Shown here: piece after piece, positions 28,472 to 40,895 of the stretch
Position numbering within the stretch: position 1 is the first letter of the stretch
Layout of the letters: each line of letters starts with the position of its first letter
Translations under genes and position numbers: made by a program
NCBI RefSeq assembly: GCF_009914755.1
Contig: NC_060931.1
Direction: 5' to 3' (one strand)
Length of the DNA: 64,000 bases
Source of the DNA: the human T2T-CHM13v2.0 reference genome, Homo sapiens
Notes under the pieces: model-generated
The model's database searches: none
What the model was told of the DNA's origin: nothing
Seen by the model: the letters and a program-made list of their open reading frames with translations, nothing else

Positions 28472-31209
28472 TCCACCTGCTTTATTATTTCTCTATGTGT
28501 CTTGTTTTTCTTCCTCTACCACTAGAACATAAACCCCCATTTGTGCAGAAACTTTTCTTTGTGTGTACTATAACCCCAACTCTCAGTGCAGTGTCTGGCA
28601 CACAGAAGGCACTTAGGACATGTTTGTTAAATGATGGAATTCTCCTCAGTGCTGTGTCCTCCTCCCCATCATTGATTCTCCAAGAAGGACAAGGGCATAC
28701 AGTATAATCAGCTCCACTCTGGAACACTTGCTTGAAAATAAAAATTTGTTCCAACATTGTCAATACATCAAGGAACAATTTGACCAAAGGCAAATTCCCA
28801 TTTGCTTATGTGGGATTTCATAGGCAAGAAATACCAGGTGAATGCAGAAAACTGCACCCACTGACTGGAGCCACCAGGATCCCATGAAACACAACTCAGA
28901 CACCTACCAGCTCAGTCCATTCATACCTGGGCCACACATTGTGCCCCTCACCTGCTATGACCCAAAGGCTCCAACCCCACTGCACTGCACCCTCCCCAGG
29001 CCCACCGTGCTCTCCAATGCTCTGTATTCCCCTCTGCCTTGCTTGCCTTTTTCTCCTCTGTTCTACCTCATTTTCTTCCTCTTACACACAGAGGGGCAGG
29101 TGTACCTTGGGAGCACAGGCACCTACTCCCAACTATAGAATGTAAATATTTTTCAAGGTAAAGTGCCATGCTTACTATAGTATTTATGCATTTCTTACTG
29201 ATTTAACATATAAAATTATGCTACTGTTTTATTAGGTTCCTGTTTTTAACATGTCACTGGCAAAATTTTTTAGTGTTGTCCCTCTAACTCCATTTTCCCC
29301 ATAATCTCTCTGGGTTATTTATTTATTTATTTATTTATTTATTTTAACCAATTCTGCAGAGTGCAGTGACTGTTGGTAATGCATGTGTGGGATTACAGCA
29401 GAACTAACTGTACTTGGAAAGATCTACCTGATAGGCCCCAAACTGATTTAAATTCTTATCAAATTGAACTATGGGAAACCATCATTATTATATAAAATGG
29501 CATTTCTGTCATTCAACTTGATGAAACCACGTGATGCACAATCCTACACATTTTCATTTTTACACGTAAGAGCCACACGGTGACTAGGTACTAAGCTGAA
29601 CTGTTAAGTGTTAATAAAGCTTATTGATAAACTAGAGTTAATGCCTCATTAGTATAAGGACTAATTCAGTATTCTCCTGAGATGTCTGCTGGCTTTCCAG
29701 CAACACTGCAAAGGCTGGTTGGCACACAACGGGTGGCTGGAAACAACGCACCCCAGAAGGGCACCTGTCATTGTGGCCACCAGTGTGATTTTGAGTTGCT
29801 ATTTTTACCTCTGATTTTCAATTTAGTTTTCTGTGATTTTGTTAACATTATGGTATGCACTTTGCAACAACAATCTTTTAGACTTTAAAATATGTATGTA
29901 CTGCATTTCCAATACAATCCATATACACTGCTACTGCTAAAGCAGACATTTATATATTATCTAACTAATTTGCTCTTATAAACACTTCTATGGTGATGAG
30001 ATGCCTATGAGTTTGCGATTATTTTTAAGTTTACAGGATATCATTTTATAATACCAAAACATGTTATAAGCTCATTTCTCTTATAAAGAAAAATGATTTC
30101 TTAAATGTTGCCAGTAACAAATTCATTATTAGATTCCTCTAATTCTTTGTCACTAATTTGATTTTCACCACATAATAAGAACAAGTGAGACAAGTGTGCC
30201 AAGGGTCTCCTGCCCCAAAGATACTTTCGTATTTCAGAGTCAGTGCCTCCAATGCTGGCTTCCTCAGAGATGTGTCCTAGGCCCTTTTATCTGAAACTCT
30301 ACAGAGATAACTGCAGGCATTCCCATGACTTAGGCTTCCATGCCCAACCTGTCTCTAGCTCAGCCCTTTCCCCTGGTATCCAGACGTGCATGTCTGACTA
30401 CTGGCCATCCGCTGGTGCACATCCCACCACCAGTCATCTGGTACCTCCAAAATGGAGCCACATTCTCCCTTGAATCTGCCCTCTTCCCACGTTCATGAGC
30501 TTGCTGAATGGTACTACACAGTCAGACGCCTGGGCCCTTCCCCACCATATCCATATCCAATCAGTCCAATAGTGCCATCACTTCACTACCAAGCAGCTTC
30601 CCATTTCCAGTTCCTAATTCAACCATCATTTTGAAGAGCACAACCTAAGAGGTTAGCCTTAAATATGTCCCTTTGACATATTTCTCACTTGTAGTCAGAG
30701 GAATATTTCCAAAAGGCAAACCATATTTTTCTCCTTACCTCTATTTTGTCCACTAGTTCTCTCTCCTTCTCTTTTGTTCTCTTCCTCCCTTGCCTACAGC
30801 TCGCTCCCTGCTTCAAGCACCCACCGTTCTCAAGATAAAGTCTGAATTCCTTAAAATGGTAAAGACTCGTGTAGCCTAGCCCCCAGCCTCATCTTCTGCC
30901 TTCCTGCTGAACTTCAAGTTCAAACACAACAAACCTTCTCTAGTCTTCAGAGTGACCTTCTTTGTTAGATGGGTCCTTTCCCCCAACATCCCTCTTTGAC
31001 TGGTTAACTTCTGTTTATCTTTTACATCTTAGCGTAGCCCACCAGCAGGTAGATTTGAGTATAAAGGGTTTTGTTTTCTTCTTTCAAATAAACATTGGTC
31101 GCTAAGGATTCACTGAGATAACTATGTTTCTTTTGGGGACATAATGACTTTAGAACATATTTCATATTCACAGTCAAAAATCACAACAAAACTAAAACAT
31201 GAAACTTAC

Positions 31210-31287
31210 ATCAAGTTGAACAAATTGCAAAAACTCTCCAACCAGCTCCTTAGACACGGCTTGTACAAACGTCTCACGTTTTTCCAT
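31210..31287 (-). CDS. NCAPG2: NCAPG2 exon 2 coding part (MEKRETFVQAVSKELVGEFLQFVQLD); the whole exon is 31210-31326 including 39 nt of 5' UTR
   Basis: ATG at 31287 in strong context (gtcATGG) with an in-frame TGA upstream. Acceptor cattag|GG, donor GAT|gtaagt. Confidence 0.96.
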
Positions 31288-32274
31288 GACAGATGGCACT
31301 GTTCAAATGGCATTTATTTTGTAACCCTAATGGAAAACACAATCATACTGAAACACTTGCAAATATATCTTTTCCTGTAAGATTTAATTTGATATTAACA
31401 TCCAAGAACTGCAAGAAAATTCCTCAACCACGTATGGCAGACAGTTTCTAAAAACATTCTGACATAAAACACGCTATAATATCTGAAAAACAATTTACTT
31501 ATTTCCTTTACTGGGGATGTGAATAACATGATATTAATGATATTTTATCAACAATTGTTAATAAAATTACCAACTAAGGAGGGAGAAATCCAAATAGCCT
31601 TAGGAAGCTCACCACCATCTCTCCCTTTTTAGTACCTTAGCAAGATGCTGGCTCGGCAGAGCTGAGTTGATTCAACAAAAGAACAATCTGATCCCAGCTG
31701 CAGATTCTGAAGATGCTCCCTTTCTAAAGGCCATTCCTCCATCAAAAAAATCCCACTGTTAGTGTCATCTTGTTATTCAAAGTGAGATGGAAAACAGTGG
31801 CCCCGGGGGTCACCTGGGATCTTGTTAGACTATGCATTAGGCATGCTCAACCACAGCACCCTCCTCCCACCCCTTCGGGATAATGAGAGCTCAGGGGACT
31901 TTGTATACCCTCCATCCTGCCTGTGTTTTTCCAGGAAATTCTATTTCGCATTCACAATACCTGGTGCTACTGGTGCCCTACTGAAAAAACATCAACCTAA
32001 AGATGAGGTAATAGCAAATGATGGAACACATTTGCAGTAGGAGCCCCCTCACTTTAAAAATAAATGAAAACCACCTGCACCATTATAAATAGAGCAATAT
32101 GGAAAATTATTGCCAATAATTATGGGGACAGAGAGTCATCTTAAACATATAATACTAGATTTTAATGTCCAAATTGAACAAAGCAAAAATAACCTCAGTT
32201 TAATGACTCCCGAAATAAGTTAACAGTGAAGTCTGGTCATCTCATTCCTCAACTCAAATGGCTGAACTATGAAC

Positions 32275-32592
32275 TACGGTCATGGACCACATAACATTTC
32301 AGTCAACAACAGACCACATGTATGACCGTGGTCCCATAAGATTATAATGCCATATTTTTACTGTGCTTTTTCTATGCTTAGATATGTTTAGCGATGCAAA
32401 TACTTGCCATTGTATTACAGTTGCCTACAGTATTCAGTACAGTAACATTCTAGGAGCAGTAGGCTACACCATACAGCCTATGTGTGTAGGCTACACCTCT
32501 AGGTGTAGGCAAGTCCACTCTGTGATGTTCATGCAATGATGAAATTGCCTAACGACAACGTGTCTCCCTCTTTAAATCAAGCATGACTGGCA
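32275..32592 (+). mobile_element. Tigger3a/MER7A non-autonomous element
   Basis: Same terminal sequences as the 26248 element with an internal deletion. Confidence 0.75.
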
Positions 32593-33229
32593 CATTTTTC
32601 ACTGACAAAGAAAATGGGGAGGGAAGGGAGAGTGGCCAGTAACAAGCATAATGAATAGTGGCTAGGACAAATTCATGATTTTAGAAAAATAATCCAATAA
32701 GGTGCAGCAAACACATGGAATCATACATCTTCGCCCGGCAAGTCTGTGAACACTCTCCACTTTTTCATAGTTCTGGTCACTTTTCTTGTTTGCTCTATTT
32801 CCAAGTGTACCTCTTTGGCATGTTAGTCCAACTTACAGTAATACACTTCCTCTAGACTACCAAACTTATTCCTATATTTCCCATTTTCCCTCTTATATTA
32901 GTGACTGTAATTTTTTAATGGTTAATTTTTCAATCTATCTCCCAAAGTGGCAATATTCCATGTTTCTTGTACCATATGTGCATAAGACCTCAGCCCTGCA
33001 GCCAGAATGCTACTTTCAAGGTAAGGAGTCATCTCACCATCCAGTTATCAGTCCGAAGAGCAGGTTACTCTTCGCACAGGAGGTCTGGTACTAAATCAAG
33101 ATGAGCATTAAAAAGAAGAAATCCCTGTTACCTTCTCACCACCTGTGACTTCCCACTCCGTCCCCAAACTCCTTCCTCATGGACACAACAAGAGGCACCA
33201 AACCAGCAACAAGAGTTCAGGAGACTGAT

Positions 33230-33870
33230 GTCTCTGAGGACAATGCCCACGTCCACAGCTGGGGAGATACTCTCTGAGGGCAGTGCCTACACCCAGGGCT
33301 CAGGGGGACTCTCTCTAAGGGCAGTACCGACACCCAGGACTGAGGGGACTCTCTCTGAGGGCAGTTCCCATGCCCAGGACAGAGGGGGTCGCTCTCTGAG
33401 GGCAGTGCCCATGCCCAGGACTGAGGGGACGCTCTCTGAGGGCAGTGCCCATGCTCAGGACTGAGGGGGTCGCTCTCTGAGGGTAGTGCCCATGCCCAGG
33501 ACTGAGGGGACGCTCTCTGAGGGCAGTGCCCATGCCCAGGACTGAGGGGGTCGCTCTCTGAGGGCAGTGCCCATGCTCAGGACTGAGGGGGTCGCTCTCT
33601 GAGGGTAGTGCCCATGCCCAGGACTGAGGGGACGCTCTCTGAGGGCAGTGCCCATGCTCAGGACTGAGGGGGTCGCTCTCTGAGGGTAGTGCCCATGCCC
33701 AGGACTGAGGGGACACTCTCTGAGGGCAGTTCCCATGCCCAGGACAGAGGAGGTCGCTCTCTGAGGGCAGTGCCCATGCCCAGGACTGAGGGGACACTCT
33801 CTGAGGACGGTGCCCATGCTCAGGGCTGGGGGGTCGCTCTCTGAGGGCAGTGCCCGCGCCCGGGGCTGGG
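33230..33870. repeat. Minisatellite of about 16 copies of a 40/41-bp unit, in NCAPG2 intron 1
   Basis: CTCTCTGAGGGCAGTGCCCATGCCCAGGACTGAGGGG(GT/A)CG. Unit starts at 33351, 33392, 33432, 33473, 33513, 33554, 33595, 33635, 33676, 33716, 33757, 33797 and 33837. Confidence 0.95.
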
Positions 33871-34131
33871 ATTTTCCTCCGACACGGACAAGAAGGACGG
33901 GCGTCGCTGAGCTGGGTAGGGGGGATGGCCCGGGGTCGCCAGTTCCGTCCAGTTCCGTCAGAGGCAGCACTGCCCGCACGCAGGTCGGCCGCCTCCTTAG
34001 GGGAGGGGAGGCTGGGACCCCGACCAGCCGAGGAGGGGCTTCCCGCCCGATCCCTGCTACTTCCCAGCCCCTGCTCTGAACCCAATCCCGGCTCGGCACC
34101 GCAGCTCTTACCTGGGCTCGGGGACCCGCCG

Positions 34132-34140
34132 TTTCCCGCG
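34132..34140 (+). promoter_or_regulatory. E2F site TTTCCCGCG
   Basis: Exact match to TTTSSCGC. Confidence 0.7.
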
Positions 34141-34151
34141 CTCGGACCAGA

Positions 34152-34167
34152 TTCAAACGCACCCGCC
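34152..34167 (-). promoter_or_regulatory. CDE/CHR tandem element (DREAM/MMB-FOXM1)
   Basis: Minus strand reads GGCGGG-TGCG-TTTGAA, a GC-rich CDE, 4-nt spacer and canonical CHR. Confidence 0.75.
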
Positions 34168-34211
34168 GGCGCCCCAGACGGGCCCCGCCCTCCCGGTCGT
34201 CATCAGGCGCC

Positions 34212-34225
34212 GCTCTCGCGAGAGC
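34212..34225. promoter_or_regulatory. CGCG/BANP element TCTCGCGAGA within a 14-bp palindrome
   Basis: GCTCTCGCGAGAGC is a perfect palindrome. Confidence 0.78.
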
Positions 34226-36017
34226 TGGGGCGCCGCGAGCCTCGGGCCTCGCCCACACGCCCGGCCCGCCCCGCCTCCAGATCATGCCCCGCCCACATGC
34301 CCGCCAGTCTTCTTCCTGTCTATGCCCCGCCTCTTAGGGCGCGGCCTCGAGCAGCTAAGCCCAGTGCCCTACCGGGCACTACGGAACGCGCACGCGGGGC
34401 GCCACAGCTGGGGAACCCATGCCCGGTCCGCGCGCCGACGTCCACTGCGCGCTCGTGCGCGTCCTGGGGCCTCCGCGGAGGGAGTGCGCGGTCCAGGAGA
34501 GGGCGGGGCGCTGCGAGCGGGCGGTGTTGTGGGAAGGAGGAAGGAGAGGAAGAGAGAGAGGGGGAGAGAAAGGAAAGGCTTGGGGCGGGGAGAGGCCACA
34601 GGGCCGTGTCTGGATCCCCGGGAGGACCCCACCCCGACCTGGCCGGCCCCCGTGACCGCCCTCCCTGCCGAGGGGGCACCTGTCCGGGTGGTCCGCAGCC
34701 TGCACACGGTAGGTGCACCCTGGGCAGGTGCTTCCCCCGCAGGAGCCCCCCGGCCAGGTGCGGCCCCTAACAGGTGCTTCTCCTGCAGTTGCTCCTCCAG
34801 CAGGTGAGGCCCCCGGCAGGTCAGCTGCCCATAGGGTGGAGAGGGAGAGGCCTTAGCGGGGACCCTCGGAGGCACCCGTGTGAAGGAGGAGTAGCAATGT
34901 CATTCAATTCTTTGGACTTAAATGCCAAAATCACATACTGATGTATCAATCTCTTTTAATTTGTGTCAGCGAATAACTTGATTGGGCGTTCCCAATTTTT
35001 GTTGAAAGCAAATTCTTAGAAAACGGTGCTCTTTACCACCGAGCTCTGCATCCCTTCGTGAGGACTTGGCCTTCCCTGGAGCTATGTTCTTTCATGCTTG
35101 AGATGTCTAGAGTGGTATCTGTTTTCCTGGCTTAACTCAAGCCAGAGGTCTTGGCGAGATTGAAGTCGTTGCACTGTGGGAGCACAGCACCACCCAATAG
35201 GAACATCATGGGAGCCACAAGTGCACTTGTAAATTTCTAGTGACCACATTAGAAAAATGAAGATAAATAGGTGACATTAATTTTTAAATATGTTTTATTT
35301 AGCCTAGTATATCAAAAATATTTATGTTACTTGTTGGAATATCGTTTCAACAAGCAATATAAAATTATAGCAGGGAGAAGACTGGTTTCCTAGGAAGCTT
35401 GCAACAGTGAAGCAAGGCAGGCTGCAGAGGGGAGGGAGAAGACCCACTCAGAGGATGCTGAGTCTGGGACCCTTGTCAACAGGTGGCCGATATCTAACAT
35501 TGCCTATTTCATCCTGGGGCTCCAGCCACCTCTGACCTCCTCCTCCCTCCATACACAGATCCTTCCCTGCCATTTCTTGAATTTTGGTGCCCTCATCTTC
35601 TCACTGCTTTCTTCTTAGCAATTTCCTTCATATCCAAGGTGCAAACTGCCACCTTCAAGCAGTGACCTCTGCATCTGGATTTGCAAGACGCGGTTATTTC
35701 TGAACTCCAGAATTTTCAACAGCTCACTGCCTACTCCCACCCTGGTGCTGACATGCATCCAAAACAGATATCGACTTCCCCTCCCACCCCTGAATCCTGC
35801 CCCTCTCCTTATGCTGGTCCCTCCTCCAATCAGCCATCTGTTCCTGGGGGTTCCACTTCCTGAGTAGGAATAATGTAACAAGTTACGCATGTGAGCTCTG
35901 AAGCTGTACCACCTGGGCTAACCTGGTTCTGTGCTCACTAGCTGGTGACCTTTGACAAGCCATGGACGACTGAGCCTCAGTTTCCTCATCTATCAAATGG
36001 GACCTACTTAAGTACTG

Positions 36018-36126
36018 AGCCTCCTCTAGGGGGTTGTTATGAGGCCTAAATGTCTGTATAATGCAGAGCTCAGCCTCCTCTAGGGGGTTGTTATGAGGCC
36101 TAAATGTCTATGTAGTGCAGTGCTCA
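36018..36126. repeat. 54-bp tandem duplication at the end of a MIR-like fragment
   Basis: AGCCTCCTCTAGGGGGTTGTTATGAGGCCTAAATGTCT occurs twice, preceded by MIR core TGAGCCTCAGTTTCCTCATCT. Confidence 0.8.
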
Positions 36127-36196
36127 GACGCACGTGGAAGCAGGGCAGCAGGAGCTCCCAGTGCACCCCCAATGCACCTGCCCATGCAGCCACTAA

Positions 36197-37445
36197 TGTC
36201 ATAGGATCCTTTGGGTATCGCTTCACCAGCTAGAAACCTCCGTGGCCAGCGGTGCCTCTGCTAGAGTTTTGCTCGAGCCCACTCAGCCCAGCAGGTTGTG
36301 CTCGGCTTGCACTACCAACCCAGATCCCACGCCTGCCAAGGGTGAGCCAGGTGCAGAGCGGCAAGGCGTATGTGAGCAAGCGAGCATGGGGTCCAACCAC
36401 TGCGCACACCCAGCCATGCAGCTGCTGTGGTGGAGCAGGCAACTCTAGGTGCCTGCACAGCTGCCGGCTCCATGCAAGGCTGTGGCTGGACCAGAGGTAC
36501 CACAAGTGGCTTCCACTGCAGGCATCAGCATCTGGACAAGGGGAACATGGTGGCACCCGAAAGCTCACAGATGCCAGGAGCCACAGAGCCCCAAAGGGGG
36601 GTTATAGTGTGTCACAGCCCTGGCTCGGGGAGCCCCAAGGTCTGGGCTCCCAGAAGGGCCACAGCTCTTCTGTCCTTCTCATCACCCACAGCGTGGCTAG
36701 CAGGGGGTCGTGTTTCCGGGGCGGCATGTTTCACCTCATTTGTGTTACAGGTCTTTTGGTCCTGCCGCCCCACACCGGTCCACGGCTCCTTGGCTGTCCC
36801 GGCCCCACCGCTGCTTCCCACTGCATGGGGTGGCCACTGGGCGCCAGCAGAGGGTGGGAGGGCTATAGCATTATAGCTCTGGCTTGGGGAATCCCAAGGC
36901 CTGGGCCTCTACAAGGGTCACCACTCTTCACTCCCTCAGTCTGGGAGCGTGTCACCACCCGCAGCTCAGCGACCCGGCCGGGAACCCGTTACAGCCACTT
37001 TGGCTCCCACCTGCAACTTGGCAAGCTGGCCAGGAAAGTATTACAGCTCGTTTTGCTCTCACCATTCAGCAGGTTCCAAGTTCTTGTCCCATGTCCGGGA
37101 AGAATGAGGTTTGGCAGACATCTGGAGGGTGAAAAGGCAGAGAACAGCTGACCAAATAGCTCTCAGTGGAGAGGAGACTCGAAGTGGGTAGCTCCTATCC
37201 ACAGGCACGTATGGGCTCAGAATGAAGGAAGTACATGTTGATTGGTCCATAGACAGGAGGAAGTGTGTGCTGATTGGCCCATGGGCAGGCCTGGAAAAAG
37301 TACCACTTGATTGGCTGAAAGGCATCAAGTAACTTCTCTTTCTGGATCTCGGACTTCACCAGGAACTGGCATCCTGGCCCAGGAACTTCAGGCTGTCCCT
37401 GGCTTGAAAGTGGGGTTTCACCAGGGACCTGCCCCTTCCCACCCA
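36197..37445 (-). mobile_element. MER52-family ERV1 solo LTR
   Basis: Begins TGTCATAGGATCCTTTGGG...AGAAACCTCCGTGGCC. GC-rich MER52-like body with repeated CTGATTGG(T/C)CCAT segments. Family and orientation are recalled, not searched. Confidence 0.7.
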
Positions 37446-37970
37446 AGGTGGGGATTCGGATCTGGTGAGCTGAGGGGAAGGGGATGCAGTGCTGGTGGCA
37501 CCAGGCACAGTCAAGCCCATATCCATGGGTCTGGCCTCAGGGACAACGTGAGCCAGAGTCCTGGGTGGTGCCACAGGGCAGAAAGATGTTATAAAGGCTT
37601 CCTAAGGGTCGTGGTATCTAAACAGACTCGAGAACACTCACTGTCAATCCTGAACACAACTTAAAATCGCCGAGTTCTTAAAACCAAAAAACCTAGCCCT
37701 ACCCCAGACCAATTAAGTCAGAATCGCTGGCGGTGGGCTGGACAGAGTGATTCCATTGTGTAGCCAGAGTGTAGGTTTGAATGCTGCCGGGGGCTTGAAG
37801 CTGGAAGGGAGAGGGGCCTGCCAGGCAGAGGGCGGCATGTGAGTGCCAGGCAAACACGGGCATTGCCAGCATAGACTGGCAAGGGGTGAAACAAGCTGGA
37901 AACAGGAACTGTCGCCGGGGTTCACACCAGGAAGTTGGGGTTTATTCAATGGGTGGTGGAATCTCTCTGA

Positions 37971-38290
<320 letters not shown>

Positions 38291-38532
38291 TCTCTGAAGT
38301 ATTTTAAGAACGAGTGTGACGTGTCTCTGAGAAATCCCTGGGGGCAATGGGAGGACACATTGGCCCACGTAGGTGCTGGCGGGAGGGACCCAGCCAGGCA
38401 GCAACGGGTGACAGGCATGACTCCCAGCCAGGAAAGTCCTTCCTCGGATGCCGCACTGAGGAGTGAGTTCTGGCTGCTGCCTCCACCTCACAGCAGGCAG
38501 GGGTCTTCACAGCCACTGCATGCCCAAGACTA

Positions 38533-39175
<643 letters not shown>

Positions 39176-39648
39176 ATTGATAGTACACACTAAGCAATGA
39201 AAAGAATTAATTAAGATAAATCCATACCTATGTAAGTTACAATGGAATTGTAGAACATCAAGCTATTTTTAAAAGCCTAAAACCTTTCAGACAGAAAAGA
39301 CAGATTGCTTAAAGAGATGTGAATGATTTAATAATTATTGGATGTGAAGATTATTACAAACAATAATCATCAACAGTAAATACCAGAAGGCAAGTGCTAG
39401 AGAAAAGTAACTGCCAACTCAGAATTTTAAAACCAGCCAACTAATTATTCAAGGAAAAGGGCAAATAAAGACATTTTCAGTCCTTAAAAGACCAAGGGAA
39501 TCAGTACCCAGAGACTCTCCATAAAGAATTATTAAAGAAGAAAAGTCAACTCAAGGAAAGCTATGGAATCCAGGAAATAAAAACAAGCACAGAAATTGCC
39601 AATCTGCACCCTTAGATGTTATTAACAATCACTATAAAGTGATAATGA

Positions 39649-39992
<344 letters not shown>

Positions 39993-40340
39993 CTAAAACT
40001 CTGGAAGAGCACACACTGAGTTGTAGTATCTACGGTCCTTTGTGTTTAGAAAGACAGATACCGAAAGAGTTTAACCAATCAAATAATATCACCTACAGCT
40101 TCCAAACAGCAAAGGAAAAAATATATAAAACTCTATCAATCCAAAGGTAGGAAAGAAGAGCAAGGAAGCAAAAGAAAAGGTAAAAATAAAACCTCAAGTA
40201 AGATCATAGAAATAAGTGTAAATATGCCACTATTCATAACTAATGTAGAAAGATTAAATTCTTAATTTTAAAAAGAGATTAAATCGGATAACATAACAAA
40301 TTCCAGCTATGTGTATCTTATTCAAGATATAATTAAAACA

Positions 40341-40493
40341 GGCCAGGTACAGTGGCTCATGCCTGTAATCCCGGCACTTTGGGAGGCCGAGGCGGGCGGA
40401 TCACGAGGTCAGGAGATTGAGCCCATCCTGGCGAACAGGGTGAAACCCCGTCTCTACTAAAAATACAAAAAAAAATAAATAAATAAAATAAAT
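40341..40493 (+). mobile_element. Alu left monomer with a 15-bp TSD
   Basis: GATATAATTAAAACA at 40326-40340 and 40494-40508. Confidence 0.88.
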
Positions 40494-40895
40494 GATATAA
40501 TTAAAACAAAGCTACACAGAAAGGTTTAAAATAAAGGTGTGAAAAATACCATTTAAGTACTAATTAATGGAAAGCTGGTATGGCAATATTAATATTAGAC
40601 AATATAGAATCCTAGGCAAAAATATCTATAGAAAATAATGAAGGGATAATAGGTAATAAATGAAAAAATCCATCAGGAAGATATATTAATCATGAATCTG
40701 TATGCCCTTTACAACCAAACCTTAAAAATATGAAATAAAAAATGAAAAACTTACAGGGAGAAATAGATGAATTCTCAATCATCACAGCACCTTTTAACAT
40801 ATTGCAATCAGAAACTGAACTATGAAGCTACAAAAGATAAGTAACGCTAAGGAAAAGATGAGTAACACAATTAGCTCGATTTAAAAAAAATTATA

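Larger units (their letters stand above)
34112..34200 (-). other. NCAPG2: NCAPG2 non-coding exon 1 (5' end approximate)
   Basis: Strong donor CAG|gtaaga at 34112/34111 inside the CpG island. The TSS cannot be fixed from sequence alone. Confidence 0.8.
33850..34880. promoter_or_regulatory. NCAPG2: CpG island, NCAPG2 promoter
   Basis: Very high GC and CpG density, several GC boxes (CCCCGCC), no TATA box. Confidence 0.92.

Noticed and set aside
33230-33870. CRISPR-like appearance of the 40/41-bp, 43-bp and 39-bp arrays
   Set aside because: Head-to-tail repeats without unique spacers, no cas genes, and the DNA is primate.
33315-34875. 256-, 276- and 306-aa ORFs
   Set aside because: Explained by the 81-bp VNTR dimer and GC-rich island composition. 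No recognisable domain.
35024-35052. tRNA A-box-like sequence on the minus strand (AGCTCGGTGGTAAAGAGCAC)
   Set aside because: No B-box or cloverleaf follows. Probably a MIR head remnant or chance.
36252-37151. 299-aa ORF
   Set aside because: Lies wholly within a GC-rich MER52-type LTR, has a non-ATG start and shows no gag/pol/env features.
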